Source: an uncultured Spirochaetota bacterium (GTDB taxonomy: Bacteria; Spirochaetota; Brevinematia; Brevinematales; JAOACQ01). From it: DNA of 64,000 bases. This document shows positions 40,462-49,628 of the stretch, in pieces. The notes beneath the pieces were generated by a model. It was not told the origin of the DNA. It did not search any database and was given only the letters and a program-made list of their open reading frames with translations. The stretch spans positions 1,280,001 through 1,344,000 of the forward strand of contig CAWIGG010000002.1 of assembly GCA_963835575.1 (NCBI GenBank). Direction: 5' to 3'. The position numbers and the translations under genes are program-made. Numbering within the stretch: position 1 is the first letter of the stretch; every line of letters starts with the position of its first letter.

Positions 40462-40662
40462 ATGCTCATATCAGAAATACCGGTTGAAAAGGAAACAAGA
40501 GATTCCGTTACCATATCAAAAAAAAGCTGGAGGAAAATTGAAAAAGAATTGGGCAGGGAGCGTAAGAATCTGACCAAAAACGACCTTAAAAAGTTCGCTG
40601 GAAAATTAAGTCTGCCGGGTGATCCTCTCAAATATCAAAAGAGGATCAGAAATGAATGGTAG
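40462..40662 (+). CDS. Putative antitoxin of the PIN-domain TA pair
   Basis: Small basic protein ending LKKFAGKL...DPLKYQKRIRNEW, overlapping the toxin start; upstream TTGACA..TAAAAT promoter with TATCATGATA palindrome. Confidence 0.75.
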   Translation: MLISEIPVEKETRDSVTISKKSWRKIEKELGRERKNLTKNDLKKFAGKLSLPGDPLKYQKRIRNEW

Positions 40663-41011
40663 CCTTGTACTGCTTGACACGAATATTGTATTATACATTC
40701 TAAGTAATAAATATGATATGAATAAACTTCCTGACAGTAAATTTTGCGTATCTTTCATAACTGAAATGGAATTATTATCCTATCCCAAGTTAAAAGATAA
40801 AGAAGATAAAATAATACGCAAATTCCTGAATTCCATTGATATTATTGAAATGAACGAAATCATAAAAGAAAAAGCCATTCAATTTCGTAAAAAATATCAT
40901 CTCAAGCTTCCCGACGCAATCATCTGTTCCACAGCGTATTCGGAAAAAGCCGTTCTTATCACGAATGACACTTCATTAAGAAAAGTTAAAGAGATTGAAG
41001 TTTTGAAATAA
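40652..41011 (+). CDS. vapC: PIN-domain (VapC-type) toxin
   Basis: LLDTNIVLY, SFITEMELL, LKLPDAIICSTA, LITND. Confidence 0.88.
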   Translation: MNGSLVLLDTNIVLYILSNKYDMNKLPDSKFCVSFITEMELLSYPKLKDKEDKIIRKFLNSIDIIEMNEIIKEKAIQFRKKYHLKLPDAIICSTAYSEKAVLITNDTSLRKVKEIEVLK

Positions 41012-41056
41012 TGCCGCTTTATTGTACTGATCTGATTCAGCACACTGAGATGGCGG

Positions 41057-41101
41057 GGCCGTGCAGCTTCCCCCCGGTTAAACCGGGGGGCCAGCACGAC
41101 C
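41057..41101. repeat. GC-rich palindrome downstream of vapC (REP-like or IS200/605-end-like hairpin)
   Basis: GGCCGTGC..CCCCCCGGTT-A-AACCGGGGGG..GCACGACC. Confidence 0.6.
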
Positions 41102-41109
41102 ACAGCAGG

Positions 41110-41518
41110 ATTGTCCGCCGACGGAAGGCAATGGCCGGAATTAATTTTTAATTTTAGCTCAAGATAATGTATTGAGCTTCTTTAAAATAAAACTATCCGC
41201 TTATCTGCTTCAGCGGCTCGGATTCTGCCTGACTGAGTCAGGCAGAGCATCTGTTCGCGGCCATACGCGGGAAACTCACCTGCCTCTTTAAAGTCATATT
41301 ATTTTTGATTCTATTTTGTACCTGTTTTAATTCTTTCTATTTTGACAAGAGGCAGGTTCAAACATTTCCCGCGTTCAAACTGGCCGCTCACAGGCAGTCC
41401 TACGCCGCTTCCGCAATAAGCTGCTTATAAATTAAAAATTCTTATTTTTATCGATATTCTTCCCAAAAATTAAAAATTAATTCCGGCCTCCAGCAGGGAG
41501 AAATCGCCGGCGGATGAT
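41110..41518. other. ~410-bp imperfect foldback element (non-coding)
   Basis: Nested complementary blocks, e.g. GGCCGGAATTAATTTTTAATTTT/AAAATTAAAAATTAATTCCGGCC, GCGGCCA/TGGCCGC, ACGCGGGAAA/TTTCCCGCGT, ACCTGCCTCTT/AAGAGGCAGGT. Confidence 0.8.
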
Positions 41519-41770
41519 AATGAAGAAAAAATAATAATATAAACGCACTTTGAGTGTTTTGGTAAATCAGATTTTCGCGGAAAAGCTTTTTTATGCTGTC
41601 CTCCTATCTGCCTGCATGTTGTCAGGCATGGCGCCATGCAGGCAATTCCGTAGGATCAGTATGATTGGCCAGGATTAACAGGAAAACATCCTTCGATGTT
41701 ATTCAGGGTGAACTCCGGCGGGAAGAATGAAATGGGGAAGCTTTGTCATGTGAATAGCATCATTGTTTAT

Positions 41771-42971
41771 CCGGGATTTCCCAGATGAAATCTTGAAGAA
41801 TATCTGAAACCATGATATAACTAACGTACAGAGAAAGAGATAGGTTATAATGAGCAGCCAAAAAATGGAGAAATCAATGGGTGAAAGCAGAAAATCGGCA
41901 TTTTGCCTAAATTTTGATAACACAATACGTCTCGAATTCCATGGAGCGACAATCACTTCAGACGCAGGCTTACTTGCATACCGTGAACTTGACCACGTAT
42001 TAGGACTCACACAAATCGCAGAACACTGTCTTTTTGATATCCGTCCTGGAAAAAATACCCGCCATTCTCTTGGTGCTCAACTACGACAGTCTGTTTTCTC
42101 AAGGATTGCCGGATACGAACGATGCAGACAGATTGTACGTTGATCCCGCAATGAGGCAGATTGTCGGAGGGCGATCTGTGGAACGAACAGCGGCATCAAC
42201 GAGCCAGATGAGCAGGTTCGAGACTGAAGTTCTAACAATACCTGATAATCTGAAAGCATTGATGCAAGTATCGGGAAAGTGGATTGACCGGATGAGAAGC
42301 ATTGAAGCCCATAAGCGGATTGTGCTGGATATGGACAGTTCGGTCAGTGAAACCTATGGGAATCAGGAAGGTTCCGCCTACAACGGTCATTTCGGCTGTA
42401 CCTGTTACCACCCGTTGTTCTGCTTTAACCAGTCAGGAGACCTTGAATCGGCCATGCTCCGTGAGGGGAATGTCCATAGCGCTCATGACTGGAAAACAAT
42501 GCTTAAACCTATTGTAGAAAGATATAGAGATCAAAATCTGGACCGATACTTCCGGGGTGATGCCGCTTTCGCGAATCCGGATATTTATGAATACCTTGAA
42601 TCTGAGAACTTCCTTTACGCGATCCGGCTTCCAGCCAACGATATTCTTCAAAAGAATATGTAAATCTTCTTAAACGCCCGGTCGGAAGGCCGTCCTTCGT
42701 TCCTGTTATGCTAAACCATGATTTCTTCTACAAGGCAGTAAGCTGGAACCGGGGACGTCGTGTGATCGCGAAGGTTGAATGGAATCGTTGGGAACTGTTC
42801 CCTCGCGTCAAATTTTATGAAACGGATGAATTTTACTGTTTTTCAGTCCGTCTTATACTGGAAAGATATGAAATTTATGTTGAAATATCCTGATAAGGTT
42901 GATAAAATATTGGTAGAATACATTGGGACTCGAATTTTTTGAGTTTCAATATTCTAAATGGGAAATCCCGA
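41771..42971 (+). mobile_element. IS1380-family element, defective
   Basis: Terminal IRs CCGGGATTTCCCA / TGGGAAATCCCGA flanking a broken transposase. Confidence 0.85.
41850..42810 (+). pseudogene. IS1380-family transposase pseudogene (frameshifts, truncated 3' part)
   Basis: ITSDAGLLAYRELD, VLDMDSS, YNGHFGCTCYHPL, FRGDAAF, YAIRLPAN, RRVIAKVEW..ELFPRV split across frames. Confidence 0.88.
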
Positions 42972-42993
42972 ATAAAGGCTTTCAGGAGGTTCG

Positions 42994-43935
42994 ATGAAGA
43001 AATTTATATTATTCTTGGCTATTATACTTTTCTACCGATGCTCTTCATCGCCGCTGGGACAGCCAGTCAATCAATCGAGCACTTACAGCAATCCCGTGAT
43101 CACCAATCTGGCCGATCCAAGCGTACTCTACTATAACGGGAAATACTACCTGTCGGGCACCGGCGACACTGTAAGCTACGATATTTACACCTCCAGCGAT
43201 CTTGTCAACTGGGTTAAAGGCAATAAGATATTCACCCCCGCCGGGGGAATTAATCTCTGGGCCCCGGATCTATTTTATAACCCGACCGACGGGAAGTTCT
43301 ACCTTTATTATGCCATGAATTATTCCATAGGGGTCGCATGGTCGGATACCCCGGACGGCATTTACACCGATCTTGGATATATCATTAGCAATGCCATAGA
43401 TCCCCAGATGTTTCGCGACGACGACGGTTCGTATTACCTGTATTATTCCGGGATCAGAACCAACCTTTCAGACCCTGATTACAGCAGGATTTATGTCCAG
43501 CCCATGTCAAGCCCGACAAACTTGCAAGGGTCCCCGACTTTAGTTCTAAGTCCCGATCAGGCCTGGGAGACTTCCGTCCAGGAAGCCCCATGGTTACTCA
43601 AATACAATAATACCTATTACCTTCTTTTTTCAGCAAACAACACTGAATATGTTACTTATGCCGTGGGATACGCGACCTCTTCCAGTCCCGTCGGGCCGTT
43701 CGTGAAGTACGGGGGAAATCCGTTTCTTCAAGCGACCAATAATGTTTATGGCCCGGGTTCATGCACCGTAACGACCGATAAAAAAGGGACTTTCTGGATA
43801 ATTTATCATGAAAAAGACGATTCCGCAAACGACTGGTCGCGGTCTGTCGCCATTGACAGGTTATGGTTTGACACGAATGGGGTCATCAATGTAAACCCCA
43901 CCCGCGGCACGGCCGAAGCAGCGCCCTCGGAATAG
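42994..43935 (+). CDS. Glycoside hydrolase family 43, probable lipoprotein
   Basis: Signal ending FYR-C, NPVI..LADPS, WAPD, AIDP, EAPW, GPGS. Confidence 0.88.
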   Translation: MKKFILFLAIILFYRCSSSPLGQPVNQSSTYSNPVITNLADPSVLYYNGKYYLSGTGDTVSYDIYTSSDLVNWVKGNKIFTPAGGINLWAPDLFYNPTDGKFYLYYAMNYSIGVAWSDTPDGIYTDLGYIISNAIDPQMFRDDDGSYYLYYSGIRTNLSDPDYSRIYVQPMSSPTNLQGSPTLVLSPDQAWETSVQEAPWLLKYNNTYYLLFSANNTEYVTYAVGYATSSSPVGPFVKYGGNPFLQATNNVYGPGSCTVTTDKKGTFWIIYHEKDDSANDWSRSVAIDRLWFDTNGVINVNPTRGTAEAAPSE

Positions 43936-44333
43936 TTACCCGGCAGTCTGCGTCCTAATCCCTATCCATGTAAAACCTTTGACCCAATAATTTACTTATC
44001 AAGTCCGCTTTAGATTGATCAGCTATAGCAGCTTTGATATTTTAAGATTGTTGCCCTTAATCGTAGCTTTAAACCGGCAAAAATCGGATTATACTGTCAA
44101 TATATAAAATTAACTAAGTTTTTTTTCAATTAATGAATATAATTCTTTCGAGATTTCAGAAATTTGGTATATATATTTATTCCCAATAAAAACATTTTTA
44201 TTATTAACTTTGTTATAAATCCCTCTTCTAAATGTTTTTATCAATAATCCAATATATTTTCTTTCTTTTTTACTAAGATAAGTATATTTTTCAAAAGAAC
44301 TTTCAAGTCTTTTAAAAAAATCCTTTATCTTCC

Positions 44334-44362
44334 TTCCGTGGTTTTCCGTGAAATTCCATGGC
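44334..44362. repeat. Unpaired TCCGTG-periodic right arm
   Basis: TTCCGTGGTTTTCCGTGAAATTCCATGGC, complementary to the CACGGA arms at 40.0-40.4 kb. Confidence 0.5.
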
Positions 44363-44365
44363 TAC

Positions 44366-45580
44366 CTACCCCACCCAAAAATCAAATGTAAACAACGTCA
44401 TCAGCATCGCCGCTAACAATACGCTCCCATAACTCCACGCCCTGTCGAAGACTTTATTTTTCCCGAACTCCCCGAGGTACAGAAAGAGCGACGGCGCCGC
44501 GAGGACATAGCGTATCATCCCCTGCGCCGGGCCGCTTGCCAGGGATATAAAAATAACAAAAAAGCTGAATAAAGCGATATCAGGATATTTTTTGAAAGTG
44601 AAAATGACAGAGACCAATCCCAGAAATATGGAGCCGTACTCCATAGCATAATATACACGTGTGGAAGGATTGCCGCCGTATAAGAGCAGACTGAAGCCGT
44701 TAAGCCACTGGTCGATCGAGAAATACTGCAGAAGGCCCCTGTTAAAAAAGGTTGACTCCACCGCTTCGAATCCCTCGCCGAGGAGCGAGAATTTCCAGAT
44801 GAGGAACGCGGCTATTGGTATTACTATTAAAAGTCCTTTTAATAATTTCCATGGGAACGGTTTGAAGGACAATTCTTTCCAGTTAATTTCCTTGATAAAA
44901 GCGTAAGCCAGCGGGATAAATAAGAGTATGCCGACCGCACGGGTCCATACTGCCAGCGCCGCCAGGGCAGCGGCCCAGGCAAGTTTTTTATTACGGCAGA
45001 GCGCTATGGAAGAAAAAGCGAGCCCGATAAAAAGCCCCTCGGTATAAACCTGGGCCATAAAAAAGGCGCCCGGGAAAATAAGGAGATAAAACGAAGTCCT
45101 GAAAGCCCCCTCCTCTCCCAGGTCAGGCTTCGCTATATAATAGAGGGCTATCATGCCGGCCAGCGCGCCTAAAAGAGAAACGATTACACCCGCCAGCGAC
45201 GCCGCCGCGACAGGGTTTAACGGGCTGAGTTTCAGGGGAAAGGCGAATATTTTAATCATAAAGGGATAGAAAGGGAAAAAAGCGTAATTCAGGGAATATC
45301 TTTTCCCATCAGGACTGAATGTATACCGGACTTCCGGGTCGTCATAACCTTTGACGGCGATGGACAGGTAAAACTCCGAATCCCAGGCGACATGATTATT
45401 CATGAACGGTTCTTTTAAATAATACCGGCTGTCCTGCCCGCCTTTTGACGTCTCTGTAACGGTCCATCCGAGGGCCGTATCGGGAGACTTTAAAATAAAG
45501 CGCATCTTGACAATCGCCTGGTAACCCAGCGTGATGAAAGCCCAGCAGAGCCAGAGGATGATCAGTGGTTTTAATTTCAT
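44366..45580 (-). CDS. Polytopic GT-C mannosyltransferase-like protein (PIG-V / Mannosyl_trans2-like)
   Basis: WDSEFYLSIAVKGY, AFFPFYP, FPGAFF..YTEGLF, many TM helices. Confidence 0.8.
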   Translation of the reverse strand: MKLKPLIILWLCWAFITLGYQAIVKMRFILKSPDTALGWTVTETSKGGQDSRYYLKEPFMNNHVAWDSEFYLSIAVKGYDDPEVRYTFSPDGKRYSLNYAFFPFYPFMIKIFAFPLKLSPLNPVAAASLAGVIVSLLGALAGMIALYYIAKPDLGEEGAFRTSFYLLIFPGAFFMAQVYTEGLFIGLAFSSIALCRNKKLAWAAALAALAVWTRAVGILLFIPLAYAFIKEINWKELSFKPFPWKLLKGLLIVIPIAAFLIWKFSLLGEGFEAVESTFFNRGLLQYFSIDQWLNGFSLLLYGGNPSTRVYYAMEYGSIFLGLVSVIFTFKKYPDIALFSFFVIFISLASGPAQGMIRYVLAAPSLFLYLGEFGKNKVFDRAWSYGSVLLAAMLMTLFTFDFWVG

Positions 45581-45614
45581 ATTGGTCTCCTGATTTAAAA
45601 TTTCACCTCAAAGT

Positions 45615-45785
45615 CTGTCATTGCGAGCGCCCTGTTCTTTCCTTTGCACCTGATTATAGCGCGAAGCCATCTGTCTACACATTAAGCAATCTTTATTTGC
45701 CGACAGATTGCTTCGCATCAAGATTTCCGTCAGGGTATTAAGCCGGATGCTCGCAATAGCCTGCCCTGAGCTTGCGAAGGGACGG
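45615..45785. repeat. ~147-bp double-hairpin REP/MITE-like element, copy 2 (inverted; 23-bp insertion at 45758-45780)
   Basis: GTCATTGCGAGC..GCGAAGCCATCTGTC..GACAGATTGCTTCGC..GCTCGCAAT[AGCCTGCCCTGAGCTTGCGAAGG]GACGG; collinear with the reverse complement of 34259-34405. Confidence 0.85.
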
Positions 45786-45946
45786 CTTCTTTATATATAA
45801 TAAAATATAATTCAATCTTTTTCCATCCGCCGTAAGTATGAATTTATGTATTATAATAAAAATACAGCCTTTTTTCTTCAATAATTTCAGAAAATATTTT
45901 ATAATAATCTTTGTTTTGATATAATCATAAACAGTCTGGAGTTAAT

Positions 45947-47068
45947 ATGGAAATTCTTAAATCGATCCGCAAGGACATAATAAAACTTTATTATTATACG
46001 GCCGGAAAAAGCCCGCAGGCAAAAGGCGGGCGGAAGATCAAGCTGTCCTCGAATGAAAACCCGCTGGGAAGCTCGCCGCTGGCGCTCAAAGCGATGGAAG
46101 AAGAGCTGAAAAACGCCGTCAATCTTTATCCCGATTCCAAAATGAGGCTCCTCAGGGAAGCGGTTGTCACTTTCTGGAAAAAGAAAGGAATAGAAATAAA
46201 AGAAACGGAACTGCTTTTCGGCGACGCTTCGGGCGAGATCATCAATATGCTGTTATCGGCTTTTGTCACCGACGGCGACAATGTGATCATTTCCGAAAAA
46301 AGCTTCAGCCTATATACACTTCTTTCGGTATCAAAAGGCGCTTCCCTTATCGAAGTGAAGCGGAAGGATTACTGCGTGGACCTGGACGGCATAGCGGAAG
46401 CGGTGAAAAAAGCTGATAAGCCCAAGATGGTCATTTTTTCAAATCCCGACAACCCGACATCGACATTTAAGAACAGGGATGAAATAAAAGCTTTTCTGGA
46501 TAAAATTCCGCCGGCGACGGCCGTTCTTCTTGACGAAGCGTATATCCATTTCGCCGGACTGGAAAACTCGGCGATATCCTTTTTGAATGAATATCCCAAT
46601 TTGATACTGGCATATACTTTTTCAAAGGCTTACGGACTGGCCGGCCTGCGCGTCGGGTACGCCGTATTGAATGAAAAGATCGCGGAACAGCTGGAAAAGA
46701 TCCGCCTTCCTTTCAACCTCGGCCTTCTTCAGCAGAAAGGCGCCGCAGCCGCGTTGAATGACGAGGATTTCCTGGATAGAACGCTTAATGTTGTGGAAGC
46801 CGGGAAGGCTTTTTTATGCGGAGAACTGGACAAACTAGGCATCCGGTACCTGAAGCCGTACGGCAATTTCATTTTCGCCGATTTCGGCGGGAACAGCGCC
46901 CAGATCATGAAGCATATTGAGGAAAGCGGTATAACTCTGCGGCCGCTCGCGTCATTCGGCTTTTCAGATAATTTTGTCCGGATCAGCGTCGGGACACAGG
47001 TAGATAATCAATATTTGATAGATAAGATCAAAGAGGGCCTTGATAAAAGGCAGTTCCAAAAACCTTAA
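45947..47068 (+). CDS. hisC: Histidinol-phosphate aminotransferase
   Basis: KLSSNENPLG, YPD, NPDNPT, LDEAY, TFSKAYGLAGLRVGY, RISVGT. Confidence 0.92.
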   Translation: MEILKSIRKDIIKLYYYTAGKSPQAKGGRKIKLSSNENPLGSSPLALKAMEEELKNAVNLYPDSKMRLLREAVVTFWKKKGIEIKETELLFGDASGEIINMLLSAFVTDGDNVIISEKSFSLYTLLSVSKGASLIEVKRKDYCVDLDGIAEAVKKADKPKMVIFSNPDNPTSTFKNRDEIKAFLDKIPPATAVLLDEAYIHFAGLENSAISFLNEYPNLILAYTFSKAYGLAGLRVGYAVLNEKIAEQLEKIRLPFNLGLLQQKGAAAALNDEDFLDRTLNVVEAGKAFLCGELDKLGIRYLKPYGNFIFADFGGNSAQIMKHIEESGITLRPLASFGFSDNFVRISVGTQVDNQYLIDKIKEGLDKRQFQKP

Positions 47069-47229
47069 AGTTTTTGGAACTGCCTGGTTATAAAAAACTT
47101 TTTGGATAATTTAAATGACGCTGCCGCAGAGAGTTCGCTGGTTGGTGAGCTTGTCGAACCACGAACTCGGCGGCCGCATGAACTAATACAAAATTGGCAG
47201 TTCTAAAAACTCATGTTTTTAGAACTGCC
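47049..47229. repeat. Two copies of a GGCAGTT..AACTGCC hairpin bracketing a third palindrome
   Basis: GGCAGTTCCAAAAAC-CTTAAA-GTTTTTGGAACTGCC (47049-47084); GGCAGTTCTAAAAAC-TCAT-GTTTTTAGAACTGCC (47196-47229); central GCCGC..GAGTTCG[insert]CGAACTCGGCGGC. Confidence 0.8.
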
Positions 47230-47252
47230 ATTAAGTAATAGCGGAGGACAGA

Positions 47253-47957
47253 ATGCAGGCAATTGTACTGGCCGGGGGAATGGGCCGGCAGATCAAATCG
47301 GACCTGGGAAACGCGCCCAAACCCATGGCGGTAGTCAACGGAAGGCCTTTCCTGGAATTTGTGCTTCTCTTTTTAAGGAAGAACGGGTTTGAGAATATCA
47401 TCATATCGACCGGGTATATGAAGCCTGTTATAGAAAGCTATTTCGGCAATGGAAAAGAATGGAAGCTTAAGATTAAATACACCGACGAGGATTTCCTGAG
47501 GGGAACGGCCGGCAGCGTCAAGCTGGCCGAGGATATGATCGAGGGGGAGCAGTTCCTTGTCGTGAACAGCGACACGTTCCATGATATCCCTGTTTATGAA
47601 CTCATTAAAGCCCACCTGACATACGGGGGTTTTGTCACCATGGCGCTTAAAGAAACATCCAGCCCGGAAAAATACGGCGCCGTCGAGCTTCTGGAGAATA
47701 AGCAGGTGTCGCGCTTCCTCGGGCGCGGCCATAAAGACTACGCCCGGCTTGTGAATACCGGGATTTATATTTTTAATAAGGAAGCCCTCAAGCTGATCCA
47801 GCCGAATGAGAATATATCGCTTGAGAAGGACATATTTCCCCTCCTCTCCAAATTAGGCAAGCTGTACGGCTATGTCTGCGACGGGTATTTCCTCGATATC
47901 GAGGTCCCCGAGAATTATGAATTGATCAAAAAGAAACTCAAGGAATTGATCCCTTAG
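47253..47957 (+). CDS. Sugar-phosphate nucleotidyltransferase (HddC / mannose-1-P guanylyltransferase-like)
   Basis: AIVLAGGMG, PKPMAVVNGRPFL, GTAGSV, VVNSD, VNTGIY, SLEKDIFP. Confidence 0.88.
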   Translation: MQAIVLAGGMGRQIKSDLGNAPKPMAVVNGRPFLEFVLLFLRKNGFENIIISTGYMKPVIESYFGNGKEWKLKIKYTDEDFLRGTAGSVKLAEDMIEGEQFLVVNSDTFHDIPVYELIKAHLTYGGFVTMALKETSSPEKYGAVELLENKQVSRFLGRGHKDYARLVNTGIYIFNKEALKLIQPNENISLEKDIFPLLSKLGKLYGYVCDGYFLDIEVPENYELIKKKLKELIP

Positions 47958-48766
47958 AGCAGCGGTTTTTTCCTGAATATATAAAGCTCGCCGTCGGGCT
48001 GATCGCTTAAGAGGACGAGCGAATAACTGCCTTTCCTCAGGGAGATCGAGCATTGGTCGCTCAAAGGATGCTTTTCATTGATGAACTCCAGCTCCTTGAT
48101 CGTCGTTCCCCGCAGGCGCACGGAAATACTGCCCCTCTTTATACTGCTGTAAACACAGAAAAATTCTTCGCCGGGCTTATCAATGCTGAAATTATATACA
48201 GTAAGATTCGTGCTTTCAACCTTAATCATATTGGTAAAAAAAACCTTCTCATAACCTTCGGGAGGGTTATTCAGACTGCCGGAATCAATTCTGGCAAGGC
48301 GCGAGAACATTTTTACATCCGGCTTTTCATTGCTGATATAAATATTAAATTCGCCCTTTAAATCAGGGTTTTGAGCTATAATTTCATAACGCCCTTTCCG
48401 CAGTAGAAAGGAGGATTGAGCGATCCAGTAGTCGCCCTTCAATAGATCGATTTCCTGCCCGTTCACTCCTATGATGTTCTGATCGCCTTTCAGCTGGAAC
48501 CATTTATCCCCGTCATACTGGGCCAGCAGGTAAATATAGACGACTTCCGGCTGTTTTAAGTCAAAGCGGTAGACAACCGGGTCGATCAAATTGGTTTCTC
48601 TGGCGGGTATGGAATATACCTGAGTATAACTTGCGTCAGGTTCATTGATTTTTCTCAGGTCATGGATGTTTTTCATATTCTCGACAAGGCCCTGGCTGAT
48701 GTAGTATGTTAAAATTCCGCCGCCGGCCAATACTAAGAAAAAAAACAATATTCTTTTCCAAAACAT
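47954..48766 (-). CDS. Hypothetical membrane-anchored protein with two beta-rich repeats
   Basis: N-terminal TM; repeated L(L/S)RKG(R/S)Y..GE(F/L)(N/Y)I motif. Confidence 0.65.
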   Translation of the reverse strand: MFWKRILFFFLVLAGGGILTYYISQGLVENMKNIHDLRKINEPDASYTQVYSIPARETNLIDPVVYRFDLKQPEVVYIYLLAQYDGDKWFQLKGDQNIIGVNGQEIDLLKGDYWIAQSSFLLRKGRYEIIAQNPDLKGEFNIYISNEKPDVKMFSRLARIDSGSLNNPPEGYEKVFFTNMIKVESTNLTVYNFSIDKPGEEFFCVYSSIKRGSISVRLRGTTIKELEFINEKHPLSDQCSISLRKGSYSLVLLSDQPDGELYIFRKKPLL

Positions 48767-48954
48767 ATTTTCCCGCCTTTTTTTATGTCAAAGAGGTTCT
48801 CTTCATCTTTCAGGAGAGAGAACTATCTTAAATATCAAGTATATTTCAGCCGGTGGAAAAAATCAAAATATTTTTAATAAAAGTCACTTTTTTTATGGAA
48901 AATATTTATAGAGAGTATTATAATATCATATATAATCTGATACACGGAAATAAA

Positions 48955-49596
48955 ATGGATAATAATGACGTATTCGGGGCGATACGGGAATCCATGGTCG
49001 AAGAACAGATCCGTTCAAGGGGCATACAGGACAAACGGATCCTGGATGTCATGAAAATAATACCGCGCCATCTGTTCATTCCTCAATCAAACTGGAAGGA
49101 AGCCTATAATGACTATCCTCTTGAAATCGGCCACAGGCAGACTATTTCACAGCCCTATATCGTCGCGCTCATGACCGAGCTTCTGCAGGTCAAGGGAAAT
49201 CATAAAATTCTGGAAATCGGGACCGGTTCAGGCTATCAGACGGCGGTATTGGCTTCCCTCGCTAAGGAAGTCTTTACTGTGGAGAGGATTGAAGGCCTTT
49301 ACAATCATGCTCAAGAAACATTAGACAAATTGTCTTTTAATAACATCCATTACCGCCTGGGAAACGGGTACACCGGATGGAAAGAAAATGCCCCCTATGA
49401 CGGGATTATCGTTACAGCGGCCCCTGCCAGGCTCCCGCCCGATCTGATTGCCCAGCTCAGGGTTAAAGGAAGGCTTGTTATCCCGGTCGGAGAACCTTCT
49501 CTTCAATTATTAAACGTCTATACAAAAAAAAGACCCAACTCCGTTCAAGAAGAAACCATCTGCGGCGTCAGGTTTGTCGAACTGGTCAAAGAATAG
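48955..49596 (+). CDS. pcm: Protein-L-isoaspartate O-methyltransferase
   Basis: MVEEQIRSRGI, PRHLF, QTISQPYIVALM, LEIGTGSGYQTAVL, APYDGIIVTAA, VRFV. Confidence 0.95.
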   Translation: MDNNDVFGAIRESMVEEQIRSRGIQDKRILDVMKIIPRHLFIPQSNWKEAYNDYPLEIGHRQTISQPYIVALMTELLQVKGNHKILEIGTGSGYQTAVLASLAKEVFTVERIEGLYNHAQETLDKLSFNNIHYRLGNGYTGWKENAPYDGIIVTAAPARLPPDLIAQLRVKGRLVIPVGEPSLQLLNVYTKKRPNSVQEETICGVRFVELVKE

Positions 49597-49628
49597 CTTT
49601 TAGCCATTAGCCTTTAGCTGTTAGCTAA
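49594..49628 (+). repeat. 7-bp tandem repeat (TAGCNNW)x5
   Basis: TAGCTTT TAGCCAT TAGCCTT TAGCTGT TAGCTAA, starting at the pcm stop codon. Confidence 0.75.

Noticed and set aside
43936..44330. AT-rich spacer possibly hiding a decayed gene
   Set aside because: Only a weak IGLLI-like peptide on the minus strand; not enough to call.
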